Shown here: piece by piece, positions 18,130 through 28,012 of the stretch
Layout: every line of letters starts with the position of its first letter
How positions within the stretch are numbered: position 1 is the stretch's first letter
DNA from: Candidatus Aerophobetes bacterium Ae_b3a
Lineage (GTDB): Bacteria > Aerophobota > Aerophobia > Aerophobales > AE-B3A
Reading direction: 5' to 3'
Assembly (NCBI GenBank): GCA_005223095.1
Contig: NJBQ01000003.1
Span: 1-63,376, forward strand
Length of the DNA stretch: 63,376 bases
Notes under the pieces: generated by a model
What the model saw: only the letters and a program-made list of their open reading frames with translations
What the model was told of the DNA's origin: nothing
Database searches by the model: none
Made by a program: the position numbers and the translations under genes

Positions 18130-19209
18130 ATGGCACGGGTTTTTGGTAAAGATTATAACAAAGGGGAACTAATGCGGCTCATTGGGGATGTTTCTCAGGT
18201 GGCAGGAATGAAGGAATATGAGCTTCTGGAGGGAAAGGGTAGGGGAGTGAAAGCAGTAGATATTTGGACTGGTACAGGGTTTTCCTTTACGGTAATTTTG
18301 GACAGAGGAATGGATATCTCCCAAGCCTCATATTGTGGAAAGTCTCTCTGCTGGAGGTCTTGCACTGGCGAAGTTCATCCGCACTTTTTCGAACCTGAGG
18401 GATTGAGATGGCTACGAAGTTTCTTTGGAGGATTGCTTACCACCTGTGGTTTGACTTATTGCGGAGCTCCTTGTGAGGATGAAGGAGAGAAGTTAGGCCT
18501 TCACGGAAGAATTTCTCATACTCCGGCAGAGGGGGTCTCTATTGAAAAAAAATGGGAAGGGGATAAGTATGAACTTTCCCTAAGTGGACTTTTGCGGGAG
18601 AGTGTAGTCTTTGGCGAGAACATTGTTTTGAGAAGAAAGATTCGTACCCGCCTGGGTGAGTCTCGTCTCTGGATCTATGACTTAGTAGAAAATGAAGGTT
18701 TTGAGAGAACTCCTTTTATGCTCCTGTACCATATAAATGGTGGATTCCCTGTGGTAGCAGAAGGAAGCAGGCTTATTTCACCTAGTCTAGAGATTACACC
18801 GCGAGACGATGAGGCAAGAAAAGGGAAAGAGGATTATTATAAATTTAGCGCTCCCATTCCTGGATTTAAAGAAAAGGTATACTATCACAAGATGAAAGAG
18901 GATAGCTCAGGACTGGTTCAGGCCGCTTTGGTCAATGAAAACCTGGAAGGAAACGGTTTCGGTTTTTACATCAAATACAAAAAAGAGCAACTGCCTGAAT
19001 TTGTTCAATGGAAAATGATGGGAGAAGGAACCTATACAGTAGGAGTAGAGCCAGGTAACTGCACAGCAGAAGGAAGGGAAAAATTAAGAAAAGAAGGAAC
19101 TTTAGAATTTCTGGAGCCAGGAGAGAAAAAGGAATTTGAGTTGGAAATAGGAGTGTTAAGCGGGCAAGAGGCAATTGATAGATTCAAGGCAGAAGTCAAG
19201 GCAATCTAG
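18130..19209 (+). CDS. DUF4432 / aldose 1-epimerase-like family protein
   Basis: Motifs DRGMDI, GGLLTTCGL, GLHGRIS and LLYHINGGFP, as I recall them for this family. Confidence 0.55.
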   Translation: MARVFGKDYNKGELMRLIGDVSQVAGMKEYELLEGKGRGVKAVDIWTGTGFSFTVILDRGMDISQASYCGKSLCWRSCTGEVHPHFFEPEGLRWLRSFFGGLLTTCGLTYCGAPCEDEGEKLGLHGRISHTPAEGVSIEKKWEGDKYELSLSGLLRESVVFGENIVLRRKIRTRLGESRLWIYDLVENEGFERTPFMLLYHINGGFPVVAEGSRLISPSLEITPRDDEARKGKEDYYKFSAPIPGFKEKVYYHKMKEDSSGLVQAALVNENLEGNGFGFYIKYKKEQLPEFVQWKMMGEGTYTVGVEPGNCTAEGREKLRKEGTLEFLEPGEKKEFELEIGVLSGQEAIDRFKAEVKAI

Positions 19210-20570
19210 CCAAATTCCATAAGTTGGGTGGCTATTCCAAAGTATATTAAAAGAGATGATATATCTACCACAGTGGTGATTAAAGGTCCAGACACAACCG
19301 CCGGGTCAAGACCCAACTTCTCGCAAATGATGGGAAGAATTGCCCCCAGGCAAGTAGCTACTGTTACAGTAGCTATCATACTCAGTCCTACAGTTATCCC
19401 CAGAAGAGAGCTTTTTTGTAGAATTAGTGCCCTTAAGAGAGCCAGTATTCCCAGGGCTGTTCCTACCGTTATGCCAATAAGAAACTCTTTTCTTACTACT
19501 CTCCATATATCTCCCAGTTTTACTTCACCTATAGCCAGTCCTCTCACTACCACTGACGCTGCCTGAGTCCCAGCATTTCCTCCCGAACCCATTAAGAGGG
19601 GAATAAAGAAGGCCAATGACACCACATTCTTAAGAGCAAAAGAAAACTCCTCCATTATAGTACCAGAAATAAAACCTGTTACCACTAAAATCAAAAGCCA
19701 GGTCATTCGATGTCTGGCCACGGAAAGTGGAGTGGTAGACATGTAGTTATCTATGTGCTTTCCTGCTGCTCCAAACTTATACATATCCTCGGTGTCTTCT
19801 TCTCTAATAACGTCAATTAAGTCATCCACAGTGATGATACCCTTGATTTTCCCTTCTTTGTCTACCACAGGTAGGGCTAAGAAATCATAGCGGGCAATTC
19901 TTTTGGCCACCTGTTCCTGGTCCATATTAATGGGAATAGCGATAAGCTTAGTATGCATAATCTCGTCTATTTCTCTCTCTGGCTGAGCTACGATGAGATC
20001 TTTTAGAGAAACCACACCTAATAATTTATCGGTTCTGTCTACTATGTATATGTAGTAGATCATCTCCAGGTCTTTTGCTGTTTTTCTCAGGTCTTTTAAT
20101 GTTTGCTCAACGCTGATTCCTTTCTCTATTTGAGCAAAGTCTGTGGTCATTCGTCCGCCGGCCGTATTCTTATCATATCTCATTAATTCTCGGACATCCT
20201 GGGCTTCCTCTTCTTCCATAATACTGAGGAAACGTAAGACCATTTCTTCTGGTAACTGCTCGAAGAAATCTACCCTTTCATCAGGAGCGACTTCATCTAG
20301 AATTTCAGCTTTACGTGTCTTGTCAAACGCTCCCAGAAGGGTAAGTTGGTCATCTTTATCCGTCTTTTCAAATATATCGGCGGCTAAGTCTATATCCAGG
20401 AGAGAAAAAAGAAAGACCTTGTCTTTGAGGCTAAATTCTTTCAATATTTCTACTATTTCTATAGGCTCATAATCATAGAAAATCTTTTTCAGTTGCTCTT
20501 TTTTATTTTGCCGGAGCAATTCCTTGATTTCTGGCAGCACAAGAAGCATTCTGGAGAATTCTCTGGTCAT
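19206..20570 (-). CDS. mgtE: magnesium transporter MgtE
   Basis: N-domain, tandem CBS domains and a C-terminal five-helix TM domain (GNAGTQ). Confidence 0.9.
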   Translation of the reverse strand: MTREFSRMLLVLPEIKELLRQNKKEQLKKIFYDYEPIEIVEILKEFSLKDKVFLFSLLDIDLAADIFEKTDKDDQLTLLGAFDKTRKAEILDEVAPDERVDFFEQLPEEMVLRFLSIMEEEEAQDVRELMRYDKNTAGGRMTTDFAQIEKGISVEQTLKDLRKTAKDLEMIYYIYIVDRTDKLLGVVSLKDLIVAQPEREIDEIMHTKLIAIPINMDQEQVAKRIARYDFLALPVVDKEGKIKGIITVDDLIDVIREEDTEDMYKFGAAGKHIDNYMSTTPLSVARHRMTWLLILVVTGFISGTIMEEFSFALKNVVSLAFFIPLLMGSGGNAGTQAASVVVRGLAIGEVKLGDIWRVVRKEFLIGITVGTALGILALLRALILQKSSLLGITVGLSMIATVTVATCLGAILPIICEKLGLDPAVVSGPLITTVVDISSLLIYFGIATQLMEFG

Positions 20571-20579
20571 TTTGTATCC

Positions 20580-20999
20580 TTATTCACCTATTATCTGGAC
20601 AATCAGACTCCTGTTACGTGAACGATTATCAAAATCGATAAAGATAACTCTTTGCCAAATTCCTAATTGAATAGTTCCTTTAGAAAATGGAATTGTCAGT
20701 GATGGCCCGATAAAGGAAGCCCTGATGTGAGAATGCCCATTATAATCTTTATATCTTAAGTGATGAGCGTATTCTATTTTTTCCGAAATTAATCTCTCAA
20801 AGGCTTCTTTTAAATCCTTAATCAGACCTGGTTCATATTCTATAGTGGTTATTCCGCCCGTTGCCCCGGGTATGAAAACAGTAACTATACCTTCAGTGAC
20901 CTTACTGGCATTAACACAGTGAGCCACCCTTTCGGTAATATCAATAATGTCGGTATGTCCCTTTGTGCTAAGTTTTATAGCTTTTGTGATTACAGACAT
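20580..20999 (-). CDS. yjbQ: YjbQ/UPF0047 family protein (secondary thiamine-phosphate synthase)
   Basis: Conserved H..NGHSHI and LGIWQRV motifs. Lies 9 nt upstream of mgtE. Confidence 0.8.
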   Translation of the reverse strand: MSVITKAIKLSTKGHTDIIDITERVAHCVNASKVTEGIVTVFIPGATGGITTIEYEPGLIKDLKEAFERLISEKIEYAHHLRYKDYNGHSHIRASFIGPSLTIPFSKGTIQLGIWQRVIFIDFDNRSRNRSLIVQIIGE

Positions 21000-21076
21000 T
21001 TCCCTTTTTCCTTTTCTTCCTTATATCAATAATCTTCTGGCTCAGCTTGGAAAGAATTAGCACAGAAAAAGCAGTT

Positions 21077-21316
21077 TGTCAAGAAATACCTCAGGAGAAT
21101 TTCTTCCGTCGCTGTATAGTAGCTTCTTATTATTTCTACTCAGCTTCTCGTTTCGGGAAAAATATAAACTCGTCGCTTCCTATCTGCCAAGCTAACACAG
21201 GCAAGCACTCCTCAAACAGTATATTTTTCTTTATCCTCAACTCGAAGCTTCGTTAAGGTTGCTCCTATAAGGCTCCTTCAGAAAATGTCCTTCGGTAGAC
21301 CATATAATTTCCTAGC
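21077..21316 (-). repeat. R2 MITE-like repeat, copy a (inverted orientation, with an extra insert of about 30 nt)
   Basis: The reverse complement aligns with 28569-28759 and 52493-52704. Ends in TTGACA (21077-21082) facing yjbQ. Confidence 0.55.
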
Positions 21317-21420
21317 TCATCAAGATAATTCAGAATTCAAAAGAAAGAAGAAAGTGTCGTTTGACAATGTGAGACAATAGGCTAGAATTACTCCACCTCG
21401 AAAGAAAGGAAGGCCTCTTT

Positions 21421-22236
21421 ATGGAAGAAAAACTAGCCAGTCTTAGAAGAATCCTCTCTAATATGGGAAGCGTTCTCGTTGCTTTTTCGGGGGGAGTGGA
21501 CAGTACTTTTCTGCTTAAGGTTGCTCGTGATGTACTTAAAGACAAGGTAGCAGCAGCAACTGCGAGCTCAGAGAGTTATCCAGCTTCCGAACTGGAGACA
21601 GCTAAGGAAATAGCTCGAAAATTAAAGGTTAAGCATTTTATCATTGAGACAGAGGAGCTGTCCAATCAGAATTTTGCCAAGAACTCTCCTCAAAGATGTT
21701 ATTTTTGCAAAACCGAATTATTTTCTAGATTAAATAAGATAGCTAAAGAACAAGGTTTGAACTACGTAGCGGATGCTTCCAATTATGACGACCTGGCGGA
21801 TTTTCGTCCCGGGATGCAGGCTGGACAGGAATTGGGTATAAAGAGCCCTTTAAAGGAAGTCCGGTTAACTAAAGCCGAAATTCGTAGTCTCTCTCATAAA
21901 ATGAATCTACCTACTTGGGATAAACCTGCTTTAGCCTGTCTAGCTTCTCGAATTCCTTATGGAATTAAAATAACCAGAAAGAAACTAAAAAGGGTTGATG
22001 AGGGGGAAAGATTTTTAAGAGAGCTGGGAATAAGACAGCTAAGGATAAGGGACCATGATGGGATAGCCAGGATCGAGGTAGCGCCGGAAGAAATGAGCCT
22101 ATTCTGGCAGAAAAATATGGCAAGGTTGGTTATCAAGAAACTTAAAGAATTAGGATATACTTACGTTACTCTTGATCTAGAAGGCTATCGTACAGGAAGC
22201 ATGAATGAGGTTTTGAAGAAAGGCAAGCCAAAGTGA
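21421..22236 (+). CDS. larE: ATP-dependent sacrificial sulfur transferase LarE
   Basis: PP-loop SGGVDS and the conserved ACLASRIPYG cysteine motif. Confidence 0.85.
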   Translation: MEEKLASLRRILSNMGSVLVAFSGGVDSTFLLKVARDVLKDKVAAATASSESYPASELETAKEIARKLKVKHFIIETEELSNQNFAKNSPQRCYFCKTELFSRLNKIAKEQGLNYVADASNYDDLADFRPGMQAGQELGIKSPLKEVRLTKAEIRSLSHKMNLPTWDKPALACLASRIPYGIKITRKKLKRVDEGERFLRELGIRQLRIRDHDGIARIEVAPEEMSLFWQKNMARLVIKKLKELGYTYVTLDLEGYRTGSMNEVLKKGKPK

Positions 22237-22991
22237 AAGTAGATCATATTAGACATCTATTGGAAGAGGTAAGATCAGGTAAAATAAAGGTAGAAGAGGC
22301 GTTGGAAAGGCTGAAAGTCCTTCCTTACCAGGATCTCGGTTTTGCTAAGATTGACACGCATCGGGAGCTGCGAAGAGATTATCCTGAAGTGATTTTTTGT
22401 CCCGGTAAGACCCCTGAGCAGATTGTTCATATTGCAGAGCGAATGAGGGAGAATGGATCGACAGTTATGGCTGCCCGAGCAAATAAAGAGGTCTACCAGG
22501 CTATTAAAAATGCTCTTCCGGAAGTGAGATATTTTGAAAAGGCAAAGATAGCTGTGCTGGGAGAAAGAAAAGATAAGGTAAGTTCCCAAACTATATTGGT
22601 AGTGAGTGGAGGAACCGCAGATATACCGGTAGCTGAGGAGGCAGGGGTTACGGCAGAGATTATGAATAACAAAGTAGATCGCCTTTACGATGTAGGGATA
22701 GCTGGAATTCACCGGTTATTTGACAATAAAGACAAGCTCTTTGCTGCCAACGTTCTAGTGGTGGTGGCGGGTATGGAAGGGGCTCTGCCTAGTGTAGTAG
22801 GGGGTCTGGTGAGTAAGCCAGTTATAGCCGTACCCACCTCGGTGGGATACGGAGCCAGTTTTAAAGGAGTTTCTGCTCTTCTTACCATGCTTAATAGCTG
22901 CGCCCCTGGGATAGCAGTAGTTAATATTGATAATGGATTTGGAGCTGGATATATGGCCAGTTTGATTAACCAGATAGGCAGAGAAAAATGA
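22233..22991 (+). CDS. larB: nickel-pincer cofactor biosynthesis protein LarB
   Basis: AIR-carboxylase-like C-terminal half, and GFAKIDTHRELRRDYPEVIF in the N-terminal half. Overlaps larE by 4 nt. Confidence 0.85.
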   Translation: MKVDHIRHLLEEVRSGKIKVEEALERLKVLPYQDLGFAKIDTHRELRRDYPEVIFCPGKTPEQIVHIAERMRENGSTVMAARANKEVYQAIKNALPEVRYFEKAKIAVLGERKDKVSSQTILVVSGGTADIPVAEEAGVTAEIMNNKVDRLYDVGIAGIHRLFDNKDKLFAANVLVVVAGMEGALPSVVGGLVSKPVIAVPTSVGYGASFKGVSALLTMLNSCAPGIAVVNIDNGFGAGYMASLINQIGREK

Positions 22992-24175
22992 GAGCTGCCT
23001 ATTTTAACTGTTTTTCTGGTATTAGTGGAGATATGGTACTGGCAGCATTGGTCGATCTGGGCTGGCCAATAAAAGAGCTAGAAAGGGAGCTAAACAAATT
23101 AGACCTTTTTAATTATCAGATTGAGGCAGAAAAAGTAGCCAAACAGGGTATTATTTCCACCCAAATTAAGATTCACATCAAAGAGGGAAAAAAGGAAAGG
23201 ACGCTTAAAGATATCTTATCTATTCTGGATAAGAGTAAGTTGGAAGAAAAGATAAAGGAGCGGAGTCAAGCTGTGTTTATCAGACTGGCCAGCGCGGAGG
23301 CAAAGATCCATGGGAAAAGCGTACAAGAGGTACATTTTCATGAACTGGGCGGTTTAGACACGATTATTGACGTGGTAGGAGCAGTAGCTGGAATGAAATA
23401 CTTAGGGATAGAGAAGGTATATTCTTCCTCGTTACCTCTCGGAAGAGGCTTCCTAAAATGTAGCCATGGCACCCTGCCTGTACCGGCCCCGGCAACTTTA
23501 GAGTTATTGAAAGGGGTTCCTGTTTATGGCAGTAATATCGAGGCGGAGCTGGTTACTCCCACTGGAGCAGCTATCATTAGCACTCTGGCTGAAAACTTTG
23601 GCCAGATGCCTCCTATGAAAATAGATAATATTGGCTATGGAGCCGGGCAAAGAGACCTTCCTATTCCTAATTTATTGAGAGTCTCGCTGGGAATACTAAA
23701 AAATGCATACGAGGAGGATGTAGTCTCTTTAATTCAAACCAATATTGATGATATGAATCCTGAGTTCTACGAACACATAGCAGATAGATTATTCAGTGAA
23801 GGGGCCCTGGATGTTTTTCTTACTCCTATTCAGATGAAAAGAACAAGACCTGCCACTATGCTTAGTGTGATAACAGATGAGGAAAAAATGGAAAAGATGC
23901 TTGAGCTTATCTTTGATGAAACTACCACCCTGGGAGTGAGAATTTCTAAAATAAAGAGAAGAAAATTGAATCGGGAAAGCCGGAAAGTAGCTACTAAATA
24001 TGGTAAAATCGAGGTTAAAATAGGAAAACTTGATGGCATGGTCAAAAACATCTCCCCTAGCTATGAAGAATGCCGAAAGATTGCCACCCGCCTTAACATC
24101 CCTCTCAAAAAGGTTCACCAGGAGGCAAAACAGGCTGCCTTTGATTTGCTAGCAAAGAAAAGAAAATTGAACTGA
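22988..24175 (+). CDS. larC: nickel insertion protein LarC (unsplit)
   Basis: N-terminal FSGISGDM motif of the DUF111 family. A single 395-aa ORF that overlaps larB by 4 nt. Confidence 0.85.
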   Translation: MRAAYFNCFSGISGDMVLAALVDLGWPIKELERELNKLDLFNYQIEAEKVAKQGIISTQIKIHIKEGKKERTLKDILSILDKSKLEEKIKERSQAVFIRLASAEAKIHGKSVQEVHFHELGGLDTIIDVVGAVAGMKYLGIEKVYSSSLPLGRGFLKCSHGTLPVPAPATLELLKGVPVYGSNIEAELVTPTGAAIISTLAENFGQMPPMKIDNIGYGAGQRDLPIPNLLRVSLGILKNAYEEDVVSLIQTNIDDMNPEFYEHIADRLFSEGALDVFLTPIQMKRTRPATMLSVITDEEKMEKMLELIFDETTTLGVRISKIKRRKLNRESRKVATKYGKIEVKIGKLDGMVKNISPSYEECRKIATRLNIPLKKVHQEAKQAAFDLLAKKRKLN

Positions 24176-24931
24176 CTATCTATGCCTGAGAGATAAAGGT
24201 ACCTCCAGACCGTGATATTCCATAAGCGATTTGTTACTCAGAACTTCTCTCGTCTCTCCCTTAGCAACTATTTTGCCTTCATCTAAGAGAATAACCCGTT
24301 GACAAATTTCGAGAATCAATTCCAGGTCATGACCAGCAACTATCTTGGTCAGATTAAGATTGTTAAGTAGCTCTATTAAGTGTCTTCTTACTCTAGGGTC
24401 CAGATTGCTGGTGGGCTCATCCAGAATCAGAATTTCCGGCTGCATTGATAAAACGGTAGCTAGAGAAATTCTCTTCTTTTCCCCCAGGCTCAAATGATGG
24501 GAACATCTTTTCTCATAACCGGCCATCCCGACCTCTTTTAATGCTTCCTTTACCTTCTTTCTCACTTTTTCTTCAGAATAACCGGTATTTATTGGACCAA
24601 AAGCAACATCATCAAAAACTGTGGGCATAAAGAGCTGATTATCCGGTTCCTGGAAGACTATGGCTACTTTCTGTCTGATTTTTATAAGGTTTTTTTCCTC
24701 CACCTTCATGCCCAGAATTTCAATTAAACCACATCCTTCCCCAAGAATCCCGTTTAGATGAAGAAGGAGAGTAGATTTACCTGCGCCATTGGGTCCAATC
24801 AGACCAATGGACTCGCCTTTTAAGATATCTAAATCTATTCCTTTAAGAGCACTGGTACCATCAGGATAAATATATTCAAGATTCTTTACTCTTATTATCT
24901 TCTTCATTTCGTAACCATTCAGCTTTATCAT
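24176..24931 (-). CDS. cbiO: ECF/cobalt-nickel transporter ATP-binding protein (CbiO/NikO)
   Basis: Walker [10 protein letters not shown], signature LSLGEKKR, Walker B LILDEPT. The start may instead be the Met at 24907. Confidence 0.85.
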   Translation of the reverse strand: MIKLNGYEMKKIIRVKNLEYIYPDGTSALKGIDLDILKGESIGLIGPNGAGKSTLLLHLNGILGEGCGLIEILGMKVEEKNLIKIRQKVAIVFQEPDNQLFMPTVFDDVAFGPINTGYSEEKVRKKVKEALKEVGMAGYEKRCSHHLSLGEKKRISLATVLSMQPEILILDEPTSNLDPRVRRHLIELLNNLNLTKIVAGHDLELILEICQRVILLDEGKIVAKGETREVLSNKSLMEYHGLEVPLSLRHR

Positions 24932-24970
24932 ATTTCACTACAGGGCATGCCAGGAACGCTAAGAATCAAA

Positions 24971-25033
24971 TTAGTGAATGGTAAAAAAAGGAAAACCTGA
25001 ATGCGATTCACGATTCACGAAATACGATTCACT
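24971..25033. repeat. heptamer-periodic repeat, second copy of the CGATTCA arm
   Basis: GCGATTCACGATTCACGAAATACGATTCAC is almost identical to 15341-15368. The opposing GTGAATGGT arm is short. Confidence 0.5.
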
Positions 25034-25041
25034 AGTTGCCC

Positions 25042-25803
25042 TCATCTTATCCACCTGAAAAGATTTAATAATAATGCGATAGCTATAATGAGTGATGCTT
25101 TAATGAAATCTTTAGCACTGAGAGTAAATTCATCCAGTGTCTTTACTCTGCCATTATAACCCCGGGACACCATAGCATCCCTGATGCGCTCTGTTCTCTC
25201 AAAACTATGGACTAACAGCATCCCCACCAGGCTTCCTATGGTTTTTAGGCTAGAAAGATTTGTTTTTCTCACCCAACCTCTGGAATTGGCACCAATAAAC
25301 ACTCTTTTTTCCTCATCCAGGAAAAGAAATATATATCGGTAGGTGAACATAAGGAGTTGAATGAGCGGAGCTGGAATCTTTATTTTCTGAAGAGCCTTGA
25401 GAGTCAAATAAAACCTGGTTGTCCCGAGCATAGGGAATACAAGCAAGGCAGCGCTAATTGCTCTCAAACTTATCAAAAGACTGAGTCTGACCCCTTCCCG
25501 GGAGATGCTAAAAAAAGAGAGTTTTATTAAGAGGTTGCCGGGAACGGTCAGAGAGATGACAACAAAAAGGGCAAGAACAAAGAAAAGAACCCATCTCAGA
25601 TGAACCAAGACAAAAGAGAAAGGAATTTTGGACAAGAAGACTAAAATGATGGCCAGGACAAGTCCAAGAAAGGCCACCCTAATATCTTCCAGGAGTACAA
25701 TAGAGAGAATTAAGGTAGAAATAGAAACTATTTTTACCCTTGCATCCCACGAATGCAAGGGCGATTTAAGATGGGCAAATTTGTCAATCTCGGGTAGATG
25801 CAT
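25042..25803 (-). CDS. cbiQ: cobalt/nickel ECF transporter transmembrane component (CbiQ/NikQ)
   Basis: Start moved to MHLPEIDKFAHLKSPLHSWDARVK, a typical CbiQ N-terminus. Multi-pass membrane protein. Confidence 0.8.
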   Translation of the reverse strand: MHLPEIDKFAHLKSPLHSWDARVKIVSISTLILSIVLLEDIRVAFLGLVLAIILVFLSKIPFSFVLVHLRWVLFFVLALFVVISLTVPGNLLIKLSFFSISREGVRLSLLISLRAISAALLVFPMLGTTRFYLTLKALQKIKIPAPLIQLLMFTYRYIFLFLDEEKRVFIGANSRGWVRKTNLSSLKTIGSLVGMLLVHSFERTERIRDAMVSRGYNGRVKTLDEFTLSAKDFIKASLIIAIALLLNLFRWIR

Positions 25804-26428
25804 TCTTCTTTTCACCCTTCTTTTTTTTGCTAGCAAAATACAAAATGATCCCCATAATGCCGAAGATATAACCAATTCCACCTACCACTTCTATAAAGGA
25901 TACTTCTTTCTGCTGTGCCTTGCTCAGTTGTTTCATAATCGGCTTTAGCTTTTCATCGAGGCAGCTGTCTATGATTCTTTTGATTTGCTCTAAATCCACT
26001 TGCATGACTTCTTTGACTTCGGACTCTGTGGACTCTGGTTCTTGTGCCTTCTCGCTCGCTATGATACCGGCTAGTTCATCTGCTGAGAGGGTATATGAGT
26101 TTTTGTGACCCATGCTGGCGATAAGGACTATTTCTAAATCGTCTTTCTTGGGAGGCTTAAAATTAAATTCCCCCTTTTCATCGCTCTTGCCCTCCAGTAA
26201 TTTAATTCCCTGGCTGTCATAAATTTCCACTATCCCATCTTTTACCTTTGTTCCATCAGGAAAATAACTTTCCGTATATACGGTATCGCCTTCTACATAT
26301 GCAAAAATATTTACTTTGTGAGCAAACACAACAGACGCTGGCATTAACAACAGCAAAGTTAAGAAAGCGAGACTGATTAAAAGCTTATGGCAATCGAGGG
26401 TTTCCTTGACTGAATTATCTTTTCTCAT
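25784..26428 (-). CDS. putative nickel/cobalt uptake accessory protein (NikL-like: beta-sandwich plus C-terminal TM anchor)
   Basis: Signal peptide with predicted cleavage VFA|HKVNIF, which would leave an N-terminal His. Carboxypeptidase-regulatory-like repeat and a C-terminal TM helix. Sits between the cbiK-like gene and cbiQ. Confidence 0.4.
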   Translation of the reverse strand: MRKDNSVKETLDCHKLLISLAFLTLLLLMPASVVFAHKVNIFAYVEGDTVYTESYFPDGTKVKDGIVEIYDSQGIKLLEGKSDEKGEFNFKPPKKDDLEIVLIASMGHKNSYTLSADELAGIIASEKAQEPESTESEVKEVMQVDLEQIKRIIDSCLDEKLKPIMKQLSKAQQKEVSFIEVVGGIGYIFGIMGIILYFASKKKKGEKKNASTRD

Positions 26429-26493
26429 TATAGCTCCTTTCTCGTCGCTGGTGTCTCCTCTCCTTTGGGAGAGGAAATAGTAACTTTGGTCCG

Positions 26494-27288
26494 CTATTTC
26501 ATGTCTCTTGTTCTTACCCAATAGACGGCACCAATCTCAACGGGTTTATCTTCCCCATTAGGCCGCTTAATTGTCCATGAGGCTTCATTGAGGGCAGCAA
26601 ATGCCCACCATCCCGCTTTTGGCATAGCATAGGAGAATACGCCATTCTTATCGGCCTTGACTACCTGAGTGACATACGGATCGGCAGGAGGTTTTATGGT
26701 ACCATCTTTATTGTAATATTCTACCTCTACTTCTGCATAAGGTACTGGTTTTCCTTTGACCTTCACCACTCCGGTGAATAGATTGCCGGTCCACAATCCA
26801 TATGGTCTTGTTAGAGGTACAATCTCCGTCTCCAAACCAATTTCGTCATCCCAACCTTCTTCCAGCCCCAGTGCGTTTAGGCATACTTTGGTATAGTGAA
26901 TAATGTAACAATCCTCTGCCGACTCCCAGTACGGTTTGGGTTCAACATAAAACGTATAGTCGCCAGGTCTCTTGATTTTATAAGTAGTTTGCCAATAGGT
27001 AAAATCCTTTGTCTGGTTAACCCATCTTCCTTTTTCTTCCTTGAGAGTCCCTAATAAATCCACATTCACCCCGCCAATTACTACCCCAAACTCCTTTGGT
27101 TTTTCCATTTCCATATAATCACCTTCCATGGGGTGAAGGAACTTTATTTCTAAGGTTATGGTTTTGCTATCTTCTTGGGTGAGGATATCGTCAGAAGGGA
27201 TTAGCGCGCCAAAGTGAGCACTTGCGCTTACTACCCACCCAACAACCAGACATACCATAATTAGTACCATTACACCAGTTTTTTTCAT
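26494..27288 (-). CDS. DUF4198 / CbiK-like periplasmic nickel-cobalt binding component
   Basis: Signal peptide with predicted cleavage ASA|HFGALIP. Beta-rich sequence. Position within the cbiM-Q-O operon. Confidence 0.6.
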   Translation of the reverse strand: MKKTGVMVLIMVCLVVGWVVSASAHFGALIPSDDILTQEDSKTITLEIKFLHPMEGDYMEMEKPKEFGVVIGGVNVDLLGTLKEEKGRWVNQTKDFTYWQTTYKIKRPGDYTFYVEPKPYWESAEDCYIIHYTKVCLNALGLEEGWDDEIGLETEIVPLTRPYGLWTGNLFTGVVKVKGKPVPYAEVEVEYYNKDGTIKPPADPYVTQVVKADKNGVFSYAMPKAGWWAFAALNEASWTIKRPNGEDKPVEIGAVYWVRTRDMK

Positions 27289-27362
27289 CTTATCCTCCTG
27301 TCTGTAATTTGAAGTGTTTCAATGTATACATTTAAGCGTTAGTGTAGTCATATACATTTCCA

Positions 27363-27965
27363 TCACTTCCCCTTCAGGATCTCCGGTTTTACCTTCATTA
27401 GAAACGAAGCAATGAAGCCGGTTGTGATTGCCTCGATGATCATCACAGGCAGATGGGCCAGCGCCGCATATTTGGCCACCCCCATAAACTCACTTCCTGT
27501 AGTTATCAGGGCCAATGCCAGAATCAGGGTTGCAAGGAAGACCCCACAGGCACCAGCCAGAGCTCCAAAAATGAATTCATTAGCTCCAAAGCTAAAGTTT
27601 TTTCTTAGATTGAATATTTCATAAGCCAGGAAAGCCGGCGTCCCCATCATAATGGCGTTGATTCCAATAGTAGTGATACCACCGTGCTGGAAGAGAAAAG
27701 CTTGCAGAACAAGACCAACAAAAATTGATATAAAAGCGGCCGGTCCCAAAATTATCCCTACCAGACCACTCAAGACAAGGTGCACACTGGTGGGGCCGAG
27801 AGGGACACGGATTAGAGAGGCAACAAAGAAAGCAGAAGTCATTACCGCTACCTTGGGCATATTATCCACCTTTATTTTCTTGATGGTAGCTGCTATAATA
27901 GTGGCAGCAGCGGCGTAGCCTCCAATCCACACCGGGGCCGATAAAACGCCATCTGAAATATGCAT
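27363..27965 (-). CDS. cbiM: cobalt/nickel ECF transporter substrate-capture component CbiM/NikM
   Basis: Characteristic N-terminus MHISDGVLS. Multi-pass membrane protein. Confidence 0.85.
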   Translation of the reverse strand: MHISDGVLSAPVWIGGYAAAATIIAATIKKIKVDNMPKVAVMTSAFFVASLIRVPLGPTSVHLVLSGLVGIILGPAAFISIFVGLVLQAFLFQHGGITTIGINAIMMGTPAFLAYEIFNLRKNFSFGANEFIFGALAGACGVFLATLILALALITTGSEFMGVAKYAALAHLPVMIIEAITTGFIASFLMKVKPEILKGK

Positions 27966-28012
27966 AAATCTTCCTCCTTGGCCTTACTCAAAAAATACTT
28001 TTGAGAAAATAT

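Noticed and set aside
18130-19209. The DUF4432 protein or the Ldh_2 dehydrogenase (41697..42803) as the missing LarA-type client of the Lar pathway.
   Set aside because: Neither resembles LarA/DUF2088. The sequence alone gives no link beyond loose proximity.
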